64,000 nucleotides of DNA from Sphingopyxis sp. (GCA_032154175.1 JALDYH010000009.1:228-64227), one strand, 5' to 3'. Shown: positions 40,253-51,067, counted from the stretch's first letter. The notes: generated by a model from the sequence alone, not told the origin. Numbers and translations are program-made.

Positions 40253-41398
40253 TTAGAAAATCTCGATGAAATCGATGATCGCGTCCGAAATTGCGCCTCT
40301 GGAAAAGCGCGAATTTGCTCGCCATTGCTTGAAAGTCGCGGGATCGTCCATAAGGTTCGCAATAGCTTCGCGGGCGTGGGAGATGTCGCCCGCCCGATAA
40401 TTTTGATGCGGCACCCCCGACACCAAGTCCCGTTCCTCTTCACCGGCCTGTGAGTTCAGAATCGGGCAGCCGAGGGCCAGATAGTCGCAAAGCTTGTTCG
40501 TGACGCTTTGCGGCGCCTTTGCGCGAATGGCATTCACCGCGACATGCTGCTTGCGCAGTTCCGCTTCCATCTCCTTGTAAGGAAGGAAGCCATGGAAGGT
40601 CGTGCCTCTGCCGGAAAGGCCGCGAAGCCGCTCGAGATCGGGCCCTCCACCGAATATATGGAACTCGACATTCCTCCCTGCCGACAAAAGCTGATCGACC
40701 GCCCGGATAACGGTATCAATGTCATAGCTGTAGGACAGCGTTCCGATGTAGAAGAGCCTGAAGGGCGGGTCGGACGCGGGAACGGTATCCACCATGTCGA
40801 ATTCCGAACCTAGATACGCGACGAGCGTTTTTGCACGATCATTCACGGACGTCGCGCGGTTCAAATATGTCCGCGACACCGCGACGAGCCCGTCGGCAGA
40901 CGAATATACCCGATTGGCCGCTCTCGAAAAAGGAAGCAGATTGGGCGGAATATTCTTCACGAGCGGCAGGACCGAACTGAATGACTCGGGCCACACGTCC
41001 TGAATATCGACGATGAACCGCGTCTTCCTTGCGTTTCTGCGGCGCGCGATCGACAGGTTGTGACCGATTGCGGGATAGGCAGAATAGATTATGTCGAATT
41101 GATCGAGGTCGGCGAAGCGCGCGTCGAAATTTCGCTTGAAGTCCTGCAGGCTTTGAATCCGTTCCAACCCGATGTGGGATCGATAGGATCTATTGTCGAT
41201 CAGGACGACGTCCAGATTGTCATAGCCAAGGCACGCATCGGCCGTGTGAAAATCCTTCGTGCGGTGACAGAATCGACCGGTTGCCAGCGTCGTCGAATGC
41301 CCCCGCTCTGCGCATCGCGTTGCGAGATGGGCAAAACGATTTACGAAATTATCCGATGGAAGCGTGCTATAGGGCGCGGCGATAAGTATCTTTTTCAC
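40253..41398 (-). CDS. glycosyltransferase family 4
   Basis: DIQDVWPES, YIGTLSYSYDI, GGGPD, NKLCDYLALGCPI; GTG start assumed. Confidence 0.88.
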   Translation of the reverse strand: MKKILIAAPYSTLPSDNFVNRFAHLATRCAERGHSTTLATGRFCHRTKDFHTADACLGYDNLDVVLIDNRSYRSHIGLERIQSLQDFKRNFDARFADLDQFDIIYSAYPAIGHNLSIARRRNARKTRFIVDIQDVWPESFSSVLPLVKNIPPNLLPFSRAANRVYSSADGLVAVSRTYLNRATSVNDRAKTLVAYLGSEFDMVDTVPASDPPFRLFYIGTLSYSYDIDTVIRAVDQLLSAGRNVEFHIFGGGPDLERLRGLSGRGTTFHGFLPYKEMEAELRKQHVAVNAIRAKAPQSVTNKLCDYLALGCPILNSQAGEEERDLVSGVPHQNYRAGDISHAREAIANLMDDPATFKQWRANSRFSRGAISDAIIDFIEIF

Positions 41399-41619
41399 AA
41401 ATGGCGTCCTGCTTCGGTCAATTCGGTACGTAACCAAGCGTCAGGTCCGCTTGGGCCTCTGCCAATCGAGCAGAGCATTGAGAAAGGGGTAAAATAGCGG
41501 CGGCCGGCATCATCTGTCTCGCTATCCCTACAGATCGAGCTGCGACCCGGCCCCGATAATGTCATTGGCTGTCACCATCGAAACCCGACGCTCTTCCAAG
41601 ATAAACGCGCGTGCGCGGA

Positions 41620-42855
41620 TCAACGCGGGTTCGCGGGGCCGGGTACGCCGGCTATGAACGAAAAGTCCCCTATCTCGGCATCGACACCCATCGAATCGTC
41701 CGGAATATTCGTGTCGATCGAAACCCAATACCACGCGCAGGACTGGTCGCGAATGTTCACCGAAACTTGTCGCTTGCCTTCCACCAGAGGAACAACGGCT
41801 GTCAGCCTTTCGTCAGCCCCCGACTCCGCGCACCCAATCCGAGCGGACAGTGCGCCGGGCGGGAACGGCGATCCCGCCGAGAGTGACCATGCGAGGCGAT
41901 AGGCGCCGGGAGACAGCGGCACGAGCTGGCGCGCGGCACTTCCCCTCGCGCCGGCAATAGCCGAAATCGCCAGCTGTTTCTGATCGGTGTCGATCGATGC
42001 CCCAAGGTTGCCTAGCGCCGCCAGATCCCAGTCGAAGGGCGGCATGGCCGGCGCCGAGGCAAAATCACCATTCGTCAGCACGTTATTCGCGATAGAACCC
42101 GATCGCCGTAACCCGAGGTCATGCGCGAGCTGATGCGCGACTTCGAATTCGCCGGCCGCGGCGAGCCGCCGCATCATACGCAGGTCGGTGGGAAGTATCC
42201 CGGTTTGCTGCCAAGGCGCCCGCGCGATCGCAGACCGCAACCGCGCGGCATTGACCAGACTGGCCGGACGGCCGACGACAAGTCTCCAGTAATAATTGGC
42301 CCATGCGGGTTCCGCGCCGAGTATCGGCGTCAAGGCGGCGACGGCACCGTCCTTGGCCGTCGCGTCAGCCATCGCGGCGCCATAGATTTTGCGGACGTCG
42401 GGGCTCGTCAGCATGACGCGTGACAGCCACCGAAATATCTGGGGCTCGTCATCTCGTCGTCCCGCCGCGTTGATCAGCTCGCTGCTGACAAACGCGCTGC
42501 GGCGGGTCAATCGACCGGCGAGTTCGAGCAGGCTCTGGCGCGTCGCGGCTTCCGCACGCCCCGTCATTGCAACCGCCATCAGCGCGACGGACGACGCCGA
42601 CAACGGCTCGCTGCGGTAGGCGTGGAGCGCGAGGCGGCGCTCGACCTTGTCGACCGTCGCGTCAGGATCGCGCGCTTTTCGCGTCGCCAATGACAGCAGA
42701 GCGAAATTTCCGCTGGCATCCGCGTCGGGCAATATCCCCAGGCCGATGACTTTGGCCGGCGACTTCACCTGATTGCTGATCGCATAACTCGCCACGCCCG
42801 CGCCGATCGCGATCAGGGCGGCCGCCAGCCAGCCCAGAATCCGGACAAGCATCAT
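41620..42855 (-). CDS. membrane-anchored EPS-locus protein, helical N-terminal region and possible carbohydrate-binding C-terminal domain
   Basis: N-terminal TM; LTNGDF...PPFDW beta-sandwich-like start; located downstream of wzc. Confidence 0.65.
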   Translation of the reverse strand: MMLVRILGWLAAALIAIGAGVASYAISNQVKSPAKVIGLGILPDADASGNFALLSLATRKARDPDATVDKVERRLALHAYRSEPLSASSVALMAVAMTGRAEAATRQSLLELAGRLTRRSAFVSSELINAAGRRDDEPQIFRWLSRVMLTSPDVRKIYGAAMADATAKDGAVAALTPILGAEPAWANYYWRLVVGRPASLVNAARLRSAIARAPWQQTGILPTDLRMMRRLAAAGEFEVAHQLAHDLGLRRSGSIANNVLTNGDFASAPAMPPFDWDLAALGNLGASIDTDQKQLAISAIAGARGSAARQLVPLSPGAYRLAWSLSAGSPFPPGALSARIGCAESGADERLTAVVPLVEGKRQVSVNIRDQSCAWYWVSIDTNIPDDSMGVDAEIGDFSFIAGVPGPANPR

Positions 42856-42888
42856 CGCGCCCGCCTTGCGAGCAATTTCGCTCCACCC

Positions 42889-45057
42889 TTAATCCTCGTC
42901 GGACGAGGCATTGCCATATCCATAGCCGTAACCATAACCATAAGCATTGTTCTTGGCGCCAACCTTGGTGACGATCGCGCCAAACAGCTTGGCACCCGAC
43001 ATCCTCAATCGCATGAGCGATGCGCCGATGGCACGGCGCTTGGTCGAATTCGCCTCGATCGTGAAGAGGACGCCTTCCACACGCCGCGCGACCAGCGGCG
43101 CATCGGCAAGCCCGAGCAGCGGCGGCGCATCGATCAGCACATGATCATAACGCCCGAGCAGCGTCGAGACTAGGACGTCCAGCCGATCACTTCCCAACAG
43201 CTCAGCGGCATTGGGCGGCACCTTCCCGGCCGTGATGATCGAGAAGCCATATTGCGGCAGTTCCGCGATCATCTCGTCGAGATGATCGTCGCCGGAAAGA
43301 TAATGGCTCAGCCCCAGCTTGTTCGGTATTTCGAGATAGCGATTCTGTGACGGGTTTCGAATGTCTCCATCGACCAAGACGACCGATTTTCCAGTCGCGG
43401 CCAAGACCGTCGCAAGGCAAAGCGACGAATTGCTCTTGCCTTCCCGCGGCTGCGAAGATGTGAGCATCATCGAACGCGGCACACCATGCGTCGTCGCAAA
43501 GCTGAGATTGGTCATCAAGGTGAAGTAAGCCTCGTAAATGGCCGACTTCTTGTCGAGGATGGCCTCCGCAACGGGCAGATCCTTCTGCTCCGGCACGACG
43601 CCAAGCAGCGGCAGGCCGAACCGAGTCTGGACATCCTGCGGATTGCGGATCGAACTGTCGATCTTTTCCAACAGGAATATCAAGCCGGCAGCGATCAATA
43701 AGCCCAGAAGGACCGCCAAGATCAAGTTCAATGCAAGGTTCGGGCTGGAAGGTCGATCCGGAATCTTTGCCCGGTCGACCACCGAAATATTGTTCGTGCC
43801 AACGCCGGCAACGCCAATTTCCTTATAACGCTGTAACAGGCCTTCATAGAGTTGGCGGTTGGAATCGACCTCGCGCTGGAGGATCGCCATCTCGATTGAA
43901 TCGCGCTGCTGAGCGTTATATTTCTGCGTCAGCCCATCGAGCTCGCCTTGCAACTCCCGCTCGCGCTTGACCGCTGAGTCATAAGCTTGCCGATTACCTA
44001 ACCGCGAGCGCGTCGTTTCCTGTTCTATACTGCGATCAATCTCGCTCAATTGCGTCTTCAGCGACACAACGGTGGGATAATCTTCGGCCAGGATCGCGCG
44101 CTGGCGCGCGAGTTCGGCGCTCAGTTCAGCCCGCTTTTGTCGCAAGGCACTGATCGTCGGTGCATTAACGAGCGCGCTGCCCGTCAGCGTGTTCGCCAGT
44201 TCGGATTCGGCCGCAATCCGTTCTTCACGAGCCTTGGCCAGCGCCTTATTGACCTCCGAGATATCGGATCCGACCAGAGTTTCCGAGCGCGTCCGTCCGC
44301 TTGCATCCGTCTCCGACGATATGGTGACGATCCCTTTACCGGTGGCATAATTGATCAGCGAGCGCTCTGAAATCTCAAGATTTCGACGCAGCGTATCGAT
44401 GCGCGTTTCCAGATATTTGCGGGCGTCCAATGTCGCGGCGAACCGGCGGTCGATGGTCGACTGGAGAAACTGGGCCGACCAAAGATTGGCCAGTTTGGTC
44501 GACAATGCCGCCGAAGGGGTCGACATGCTAACATCGACGAGGCTTGAGCTGCGGACAGGCGATATGGTGAGATTGTCGAGCAATATCTCGACAGCTTCGC
44601 TCATCAGTTTCTGGCGCTCGGCACTGCTGGTCGTCGCCTCAGGATTGTCGAGCTTGAAGGCTTCGAGAAATTGTTTGTCGGCGGTGAGATTGCCAGCACG
44701 CACCACTCGTTCCGCGAGCGATTCGGATTGCAACAGCGAATACTGAGTGTTGTAGAAGGACAGGTCGTCTATCAGTGCTTGGTCGCGTTGCCCGGCCACC
44801 GACGTCGCCACCGGAGCATCGGGCAAAATCTCGAGACGCGTTGTCGAGGTATATTGGGGAGTGGCGAGGAACGTCGCCATCAGTCCGAGCAGGATCGTGG
44901 TAGCCATCACCGCCATAGCCAAGCTGCGGCGATTCCAGGCGGCCGTCCAGATTTGCTCGAAAAGCGACAACTGCGGTTCGCCCTCGTTCATGCCGTCGCC
45001 CAGCAGGTAGGGCGCATCGGACGGGGCAAGTCCGGTATTGTTAGTCAAAGTGTTCAT
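42889..45057 (-). CDS. wzc: polysaccharide co-polymerase/tyrosine autokinase
   Basis: two TMs, coiled coil, Walker A SSQPREGKS, LVDGDIR, LIDAPP, C-terminal YGYGYGYGY cluster. Confidence 0.93.
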   Translation of the reverse strand: MNTLTNNTGLAPSDAPYLLGDGMNEGEPQLSLFEQIWTAAWNRRSLAMAVMATTILLGLMATFLATPQYTSTTRLEILPDAPVATSVAGQRDQALIDDLSFYNTQYSLLQSESLAERVVRAGNLTADKQFLEAFKLDNPEATTSSAERQKLMSEAVEILLDNLTISPVRSSSLVDVSMSTPSAALSTKLANLWSAQFLQSTIDRRFAATLDARKYLETRIDTLRRNLEISERSLINYATGKGIVTISSETDASGRTRSETLVGSDISEVNKALAKAREERIAAESELANTLTGSALVNAPTISALRQKRAELSAELARQRAILAEDYPTVVSLKTQLSEIDRSIEQETTRSRLGNRQAYDSAVKRERELQGELDGLTQKYNAQQRDSIEMAILQREVDSNRQLYEGLLQRYKEIGVAGVGTNNISVVDRAKIPDRPSSPNLALNLILAVLLGLLIAAGLIFLLEKIDSSIRNPQDVQTRFGLPLLGVVPEQKDLPVAEAILDKKSAIYEAYFTLMTNLSFATTHGVPRSMMLTSSQPREGKSNSSLCLATVLAATGKSVVLVDGDIRNPSQNRYLEIPNKLGLSHYLSGDDHLDEMIAELPQYGFSIITAGKVPPNAAELLGSDRLDVLVSTLLGRYDHVLIDAPPLLGLADAPLVARRVEGVLFTIEANSTKRRAIGASLMRLRMSGAKLFGAIVTKVGAKNNAYGYGYGYGYGNASSDED

Positions 45058-45074
45058 CCGTCGTCCAGTCCTGC

Positions 45075-45809
45075 TCAGAATTCACGCGCCAAGAGAATTA
45101 CCGGCGAAAGCAATGCGGGCACGACTTGCAGGATGTCCTTGAAGCGTCGGCGCTGCGGAGAGTCACCCACGATGACGATATCGTTCGGGAAAATTTCGGG
45201 GTCCGAATAATTGCCGCGACGGATAGCCTCCAGATTATAGATTCCGACATATTTTTCTGTACCAACGTCACGGAAAACAACGACGTCCTCCAGCTTGGCA
45301 AACTCATTAAGGCCGCCCGCCAACGCAACGGCGCGCATAAGGGTCACGCGGCCGACCACTGGATAAGAGCCGGCCTTGTTGACCTGTCCGTCGACCGTAA
45401 CGGTCATCGACTGCACCGCCAGCGGATTGGCCGACGACTTGAAATTGACCGTGACGTCGGGATCGAGAATGTAACGCCCGGCTAGTTTCCCGCGGATTTC
45501 TTCGGATATGGCATCGGGCGTCTTGCCCGCCGCGGCTATCGTGCCGATCAGCGGAAAGGCGAAGTTACCCTCACCATCGGCCATGACATCGCGCTGCATA
45601 TCAGGAACACCGAACACTTCGACGCGAAGTTCGCTGAACGGCCCGACGAATGCAGGACGCGTCGAGCGAATGACATCCGACGCCTCGGGCTTTGGCAATT
45701 CGGCCAATTTCGTGACAGGCCCGTTCGGAACGCTCGCTACCGGCGGGGCGCTTTTCACACAAGCTGTCAGAAGGGAGACCGTGACGGCGGCGAATATAAT
45801 CTTGTTCAT
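45075..45809 (-). CDS. wza: outer-membrane polysaccharide export lipoprotein
   Basis: lipobox LLTAC, FPLIGTIAAAGKT, VDGQVNKAG, AVALAGG, IFPNDIVIV. Confidence 0.9.
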   Translation of the reverse strand: MNKIIFAAVTVSLLTACVKSAPPVASVPNGPVTKLAELPKPEASDVIRSTRPAFVGPFSELRVEVFGVPDMQRDVMADGEGNFAFPLIGTIAAAGKTPDAISEEIRGKLAGRYILDPDVTVNFKSSANPLAVQSMTVTVDGQVNKAGSYPVVGRVTLMRAVALAGGLNEFAKLEDVVVFRDVGTEKYVGIYNLEAIRRGNYSDPEIFPNDIVIVGDSPQRRRFKDILQVVPALLSPVILLAREF

Positions 45810-45891
45810 GGAGATCGGTTCAAGTCCAGTTGATGCTCGTGCGTTTGCTATAGGCGCGATTGTCGAAGACGCAATGGATTAGGCCCGAGGC

Positions 45892-47322
45892 CTAGGCGTT
45901 CCCCAATCGGTGTTGGGTGGAACGGTGCAGCAAAATCGCCAGCATGACTACCATGACCTGGATCGATGGAACTCGTAGCGGATAATCGACCAAGCTTGCG
46001 GCGCCGATGAGGATCACGATCAACGAAACCGTCAGGCGAAAATCGCCCCGATACCCTTTGATCAAATTGCGGGCGCCATTCGCCAAGGCCGATCGTCCAA
46101 ACCAGATGAGGGCGAGCGACAGGATCACTAGTGCTGGCAGCCCTCCGGTCAGGCTGAGTTCGGCCCAGTCATTGTGCGCGTGGTTGAAATAGCTCGCCTG
46201 TAGCAATCGATCCGGCTCGTAAATCTTGTACGTCTCGGCAAAGGAACCGAAACCGCTGCCGGTGGTCCAATATGTTTCGATCATCGTCTGCACGGTCATC
46301 CAGGACCGCACACGAAGGTCATCGGCCGCATCCTGCCCGATGACGCGACTGAATCCAGTTGCCCGGTTCGACAGCGAGATCGCGATGCCAAACAGCAGCG
46401 CAACCATGACCGGCGGCGCGTAGAGAAGTAGTTCCCCCATCCGGCTAGCGGGCATCCGGCGTACGCGCTGGTGGCGTTCGGAGGAGGCCGCGCCGGTTCT
46501 CCACGCGTTCACGACCATCAAATAGCCGGCGCCGAAAGCGATCACGCCTGCGGCGAAACCGGCACGCGAACCCACGAATACCGTCATAAGAGTCAGAAAG
46601 AGGCCCGCGACTACCAAGCTATTCAACGCAAACAGACGCTTGCGCTTCCGCATCAACTCATCGCGAAGCAACATCGCCGTCACCAGAATTGAGCACGCGA
46701 GGAAGATGGCGTGGTGATTGCGATTGGCGAAGAGGCCGACCATCTCTCCGATGTTAGTGATTCTGTACAGATAACCACCACCTGCCGGGCCCGTCAAAAT
46801 CTGCACCATCCCGAGAAGTCCGCTGCAGACCGCGATGCCGACCAGCGCGAACAGGAGGCGCGAATAGTCCTGCATCTCGATCCGGGGGGCCAGAAGCAAG
46901 GCGGCTACCGGGACGGACATCGCGAGGATGCTGTTCAAGGTCAAAGACGGTGTAAGCGAGATCGGACGCCAATGATCAGCCAGGCCCAGCAATCGATCGA
47001 TGGAAGCGACGATCTCGCGACCGGGCAAGGAGTGCCACACCGACGGGGCAAGCGGAATCAGCTGTAGCGTCATCCAGACGGTTAGCGCCCCCATGAGCAG
47101 AAGTGGCGTACGAATCATTCGCCAATCATCGCGCGTCAGCTGCAACGCCGCCCAAAAACCCGTCAGTATCGCAACTCCGCGCAGGAGCGGCAACGATGCC
47201 GAGTCGCTACGCGATCCGCCGCCAAGCAGAAAGACGAATATCAGAAATAATATCGGAGCCCATGCCCTGAGGGCATCACGCTTCGATAGCGGCGGGCTGG
47301 GCTTCGTCTGTTTCCTGGTCAT
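45892..47322 (-). CDS. O-antigen ligase (Wzy_C) family membrane protein
   Basis: GGGSR, GLFANRNH, GSRAG, GSGFGSF, NHAHND, SLVDYPLR. Confidence 0.88.
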   Translation of the reverse strand: MTRKQTKPSPPLSKRDALRAWAPILFLIFVFLLGGGSRSDSASLPLLRGVAILTGFWAALQLTRDDWRMIRTPLLLMGALTVWMTLQLIPLAPSVWHSLPGREIVASIDRLLGLADHWRPISLTPSLTLNSILAMSVPVAALLLAPRIEMQDYSRLLFALVGIAVCSGLLGMVQILTGPAGGGYLYRITNIGEMVGLFANRNHHAIFLACSILVTAMLLRDELMRKRKRLFALNSLVVAGLFLTLMTVFVGSRAGFAAGVIAFGAGYLMVVNAWRTGAASSERHQRVRRMPASRMGELLLYAPPVMVALLFGIAISLSNRATGFSRVIGQDAADDLRVRSWMTVQTMIETYWTTGSGFGSFAETYKIYEPDRLLQASYFNHAHNDWAELSLTGGLPALVILSLALIWFGRSALANGARNLIKGYRGDFRLTVSLIVILIGAASLVDYPLRVPSIQVMVVMLAILLHRSTQHRLGNA

Positions 47323-47471
47323 TCCGTCGGTATCTACAAATGAGCGTCTAGAGCATCGGACGGTTCGTCCGCCGCCAGCCGCGCCGCTTAGACTTTTGAC
47401 ACAGCTGATACAAGTATTCGACAAATCGGTCACTGGACCGACCGGCCCCGGCAACGCGATGCAGCTATTTC

Positions 47472-48257
47472 TCAGGCAGCGCTCGACAGAACCTTGTCGC
47501 CCGCAAAGAGGTACCAGCGATCTGCTCCGTCCAGTCCCAAAGCCGCCAACCGGCCGCTTTTGAACGCCCCGACGTCGATGCCAATGCGATTGACCTGTTC
47601 GTCGGGTTCGCTGGTAATGCTGTGTCCGTGCACGATCATTTTGCCATGGCCACCCAGATCGTCGAGAAACTCATCGCGAATCCACCGCAAATCCGACAGA
47701 CTCTGTTTGTCGAGCGGAACGCCGGGACGAACCCCGGCATGGACAAAGGCATAATCGCCCACCTCGATCACATCTTCACCATTTCCCAAGAAATCGACAT
47801 GCTCCGCCGGGACCAGCGTCGGCATGCGCGCGGCGACCTCTTCAAAGCTCGCATCGGCAAGACTCGCATCGTCGCGCCAATAGCTGCGGATCGTCGCGTC
47901 GCCGCCGATCCGCATAAAATAGCGCAGGCGCCGGACATCGCCAGTGAGCGCCGCGAGAAAACATTCCTCGTGATTACCGATCAGAAGCCGCGTGTCAGGG
48001 AATTCGTCTTTCAGCCGCATGGCACGATCTACCACTCCTGCCGAATCCGGGCCTCGATCGACGAGATCGCCAAGCAGGATCAGCGTAATCTTGGCCGGAT
48101 GGCGCTTCGCATTGTCGGCGCGGATCATGTCGATCATTTGCGCGAACAGATCGTCGCGTCCATGGATGTCGCCAATCGCGTAAACACGCTGTCCTCCGGG
48201 TATCGAAAACCCTCCGCGCGCCGGCGGGGCCGACTTGGTTTTACGCTTCCAGAACAT
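47472..48257 (-). CDS. metallophosphoesterase (PPP/PrpA-like protein phosphatase)
   Basis: GDIHG, LGDLVDRGPDS, GNHE, FVHAG, VHGH, IGIDVG. Confidence 0.9.
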   Translation of the reverse strand: MFWKRKTKSAPPARGGFSIPGGQRVYAIGDIHGRDDLFAQMIDMIRADNAKRHPAKITLILLGDLVDRGPDSAGVVDRAMRLKDEFPDTRLLIGNHEECFLAALTGDVRRLRYFMRIGGDATIRSYWRDDASLADASFEEVAARMPTLVPAEHVDFLGNGEDVIEVGDYAFVHAGVRPGVPLDKQSLSDLRWIRDEFLDDLGGHGKMIVHGHSITSEPDEQVNRIGIDVGAFKSGRLAALGLDGADRWYLFAGDKVLSSAA

Positions 48258-48516
48258 CACTAAAAAACCGATCCAACGCCAATATCGAAGCCCGAACAGG
48301 GAGAGAGCGTCCGCCAAGCGTCGCTTGCGCCCTCCCCTAATACCCTCGCCGGGCAATGACAACATACGCCGGAAGGTAGCGAGAGTTGCGCAGGTCCGCC
48401 AGAAGTGCGGCTAACCGAAGATTTTTAGGCTTAAGGGTGTCGAAAGTATTGCCTGTTAGCCCGCGACGCTTCACGCTTGTGTGTATAGGAATCGCGCCGT
48501 GGCCCGGAGGCACTTC

Positions 48517-49632
48517 ATGAAAATTATGACGGTTTTCGGCACTCGCCCGGAAGCGATCAAGATGTTTCCCGTAGTCCATGCGCTGCGCGAACGGGCTGAA
48601 ATAGAGGTCCGCGTCTGCGTGACCGCCCAGCACCGCGAAATGCTCGATCAGGTGCTCGATATCGCGCGCATCACGCCCGATATCGATCTCGACATCATGA
48701 CTCCCAACCAGTCGCTCGATGCGCTGCTCGCCCGGCTGGTCACCGGCCTTGGCGAGACGTTCGATTGCGAAAAGCCCGATCGCATCCTCGTCCATGGCGA
48801 CACGCTGACGACGATGGCAGGCACCCTCGCCGCCTATTTCCGCAAGATTCCGGTCGGCCATGTCGAGGCGGGGCTGCGCAGCGGCAACATCTATCATCCT
48901 TGGCCCGAAGAGGTGAACCGCAAGGTCGCAGGCGTGGTCGCCGACCTCCATTTCGCGCCCACCGAAACCGCGGCGGCGGCCCTGCGGGACGAAAATGTGC
49001 CTGCGGAGCGCATTCACGTCACCGGCAACACCGTGATCGACGCACTACTCGCGACGAAAGCGCGGATCGACGAGGAACCCACGCTCGCCTCGGGCCTCGA
49101 TGCCCTTGCCGCGCGTTTTTCGGGCAGGCGGATCATTGCGGTCACCTCACATCGCCGCGAGAATTTCGGCGAGGGGATGAAGGCGATCGCGAATGCGATC
49201 GCGGGGATCGCGGCGCGGTCCGACGTTGCGGTCGCTTTTCCGGTCCACCCTAACCCCCATGTGCGCAGCGCGATGAAACCGATCCTCGGCGACCTTTCCA
49301 ATGTCGCGCTGCTCGACCCGCTCGACTATCCGCACTTCGTCCGCCTGCTCGGGATGAGCAGTCTCGTGCTCACCGACAGCGGCGGCGTACAGGAAGAAGC
49401 GCCATCGCTCGGCAAGCCGGTGCTCGTGATGCGCGAGACGACCGAGCGCCCCGAAGGGATCGAGGTCGGCACCGCACGGCTCGTCGGCACCGACAAAAAT
49501 CGCATCGTTTCGGAAATTTTCAGCCTTTTGGACGATGAAAGCGCCTATAACACCATGGCCCGCGCGCATAATCCCTTCGGCGACGGCAGCGCGGCGAACA
49601 GAATAGCGGAGATTGTTGCGCGTGCCCATTGA
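48517..49632 (+). CDS. wecB: UDP-N-acetylglucosamine 2-epimerase (non-hydrolysing)
   Basis: FGTRPEAIKM, TAQHREML, HGDT, HVEAGLRS, PEEVNR, TDSGGVQEEAP. Confidence 0.96.
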   Translation: MKIMTVFGTRPEAIKMFPVVHALRERAEIEVRVCVTAQHREMLDQVLDIARITPDIDLDIMTPNQSLDALLARLVTGLGETFDCEKPDRILVHGDTLTTMAGTLAAYFRKIPVGHVEAGLRSGNIYHPWPEEVNRKVAGVVADLHFAPTETAAAALRDENVPAERIHVTGNTVIDALLATKARIDEEPTLASGLDALAARFSGRRIIAVTSHRRENFGEGMKAIANAIAGIAARSDVAVAFPVHPNPHVRSAMKPILGDLSNVALLDPLDYPHFVRLLGMSSLVLTDSGGVQEEAPSLGKPVLVMRETTERPEGIEVGTARLVGTDKNRIVSEIFSLLDDESAYNTMARAHNPFGDGSAANRIAEIVARAH

Positions 49633-50917
49633 TAGCGAACAGACGGTCTCCGTCCTCGGCCTCGGCTATATCGGCCTACCCACCGCCGCGCTGATCGCGC
49701 GCTCGGGCAACAAGGTTACGGGCGTCGACGTCAGCCAGCATGTCGTCGACACGATCAACAACGGCAAGGTTCATATCGAGGAAGTCGATCTCGACGGGCT
49801 CGTCCAGGGAGTCGTGGCGCGCGGCGCGCTCGCCGCCTCGACCGAAGTTGCGCCCGCCAACGTCTTCGTCATCGCCGTACCAACCCCGCACGACGAGGAG
49901 CATCGCCCCGACATCGGCCATGTCCTCTCGGCAGCGCGGGCGATCGCGCCGAAGCTTCAGCCGAGCAATCTCGTCATTCTCGAATCAACCTCGCCCGTCG
50001 GCACCACCGAAAAGGTGGCGGCATTGCTCGCCGAGCTGCGTCCCGATCTCAAAGTCCCCGGCGCCTGCTCGGGCGCCGCCGATATCTTCGTCGCCTATTG
50101 CCCCGAGCGCGTGCTTCCAGGCCGCATCCTCGTCGAGCTCGTCGACAACGACCGCTGCATCGGTGGCATCACCCCGCGCTGCGCGCGCCGCGCGATGACC
50201 TTCTACCGCCAGTTCGTGCGCGGTGCCTGCGTCACCACCTCGGCGCGCGCCGCCGAAATGGTCAAGCTGGTCGAAAACAGTTACCGCGACGTCAACATCG
50301 CCTTCGCCAATGAGCTGTCGATGATGGCCGAGCATATGGGCGTCGACGTGTGGGAAGTGATCCGCCTCGCCAACCGCCACCCGCGCGTCAACATCCTCCA
50401 GCCCGGTCCTGGCGTCGGCGGCCATTGCATCGCGGTCGATCCCTGGTTCCTAGTTCACGGCGCCCCCGAGAAAAGTCACCTGATCCGCACCGCGCGCGAG
50501 GTTAATCTCGCCAAGACCGCGCATGTCATTGGTGCCGCCGAAATGCTCGTGTCACAGCATCCGACGGCGCGCGTCGCCTGCCTCGGCCTCGCCTTCAAAC
50601 CGAATATCGACGATTTTCGCGAAAGCCCTGCGGTCGAGGTCGCCGCCGCTCTCGCGCGCCGCTTCGGCAGGCAGATCGAAATCGTCGAACCCTATGCCCG
50701 CGACCTGCCGATAGAATTCGCCGGCACCGGCGCCGAGCTGACCGACCTCGACAGCGCGCTTTCCGGCTGCGACCTGCTCATCGTCCTCGTCGACCACGAG
50801 CTGTTCAAATCGATCCCAATCGAGGAACGCAGCGACAAGATCGTCTACGACACGCGCGGCCTCTGGCTCGATCAGCCGAGCGGCGCGGCCGGCAATCGGC
50901 TGCACAGGGCCGCCTGA
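49622..50917 (+). CDS. wecC: UDP-N-acetyl-D-mannosamine dehydrogenase
   Basis: GLGYIGLPTA, ESTSPVGTT, CPERVLPG, PGPGVGGHCIAVDPWF, FKPNIDDFRESPA. Confidence 0.95.
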   Translation: MPIDSEQTVSVLGLGYIGLPTAALIARSGNKVTGVDVSQHVVDTINNGKVHIEEVDLDGLVQGVVARGALAASTEVAPANVFVIAVPTPHDEEHRPDIGHVLSAARAIAPKLQPSNLVILESTSPVGTTEKVAALLAELRPDLKVPGACSGAADIFVAYCPERVLPGRILVELVDNDRCIGGITPRCARRAMTFYRQFVRGACVTTSARAAEMVKLVENSYRDVNIAFANELSMMAEHMGVDVWEVIRLANRHPRVNILQPGPGVGGHCIAVDPWFLVHGAPEKSHLIRTAREVNLAKTAHVIGAAEMLVSQHPTARVACLGLAFKPNIDDFRESPAVEVAAALARRFGRQIEIVEPYARDLPIEFAGTGAELTDLDSALSGCDLLIVLVDHELFKSIPIEERSDKIVYDTRGLWLDQPSGAAGNRLHRAA

Positions 50918-50927
50918 CGCTCTTCGC

Positions 50928-51067
50928 TTGACGCTCCCACAGCGGGCCCGCATCCTGATGCGATGCTGACCCGCCTCGAAACCATCATCGTCGAAAAGCC
51001 GTGGGGGCCGCATTGATAACTCGCCCGATTTCGGCGACTTCGCGTGTCGGCGGATTAGCGAGATCTG
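50928..51067 (+). pseudogene. degenerate copy of the upstream region and 5' end of the mannose-6-phosphate isomerase gene
   Basis: ATGCTGACCCGCCTCGAAACCATCATCGTCGAAAAGCCGTGGGGGCCG matches 52424 onward; one extra G frameshifts it and TGG becomes TGA. Confidence 0.85.

Noticed and set aside
42910-42945. Short tandem-like repeat in wzc
   Set aside because: Encodes the normal YG tyrosine cluster of BY-kinases.
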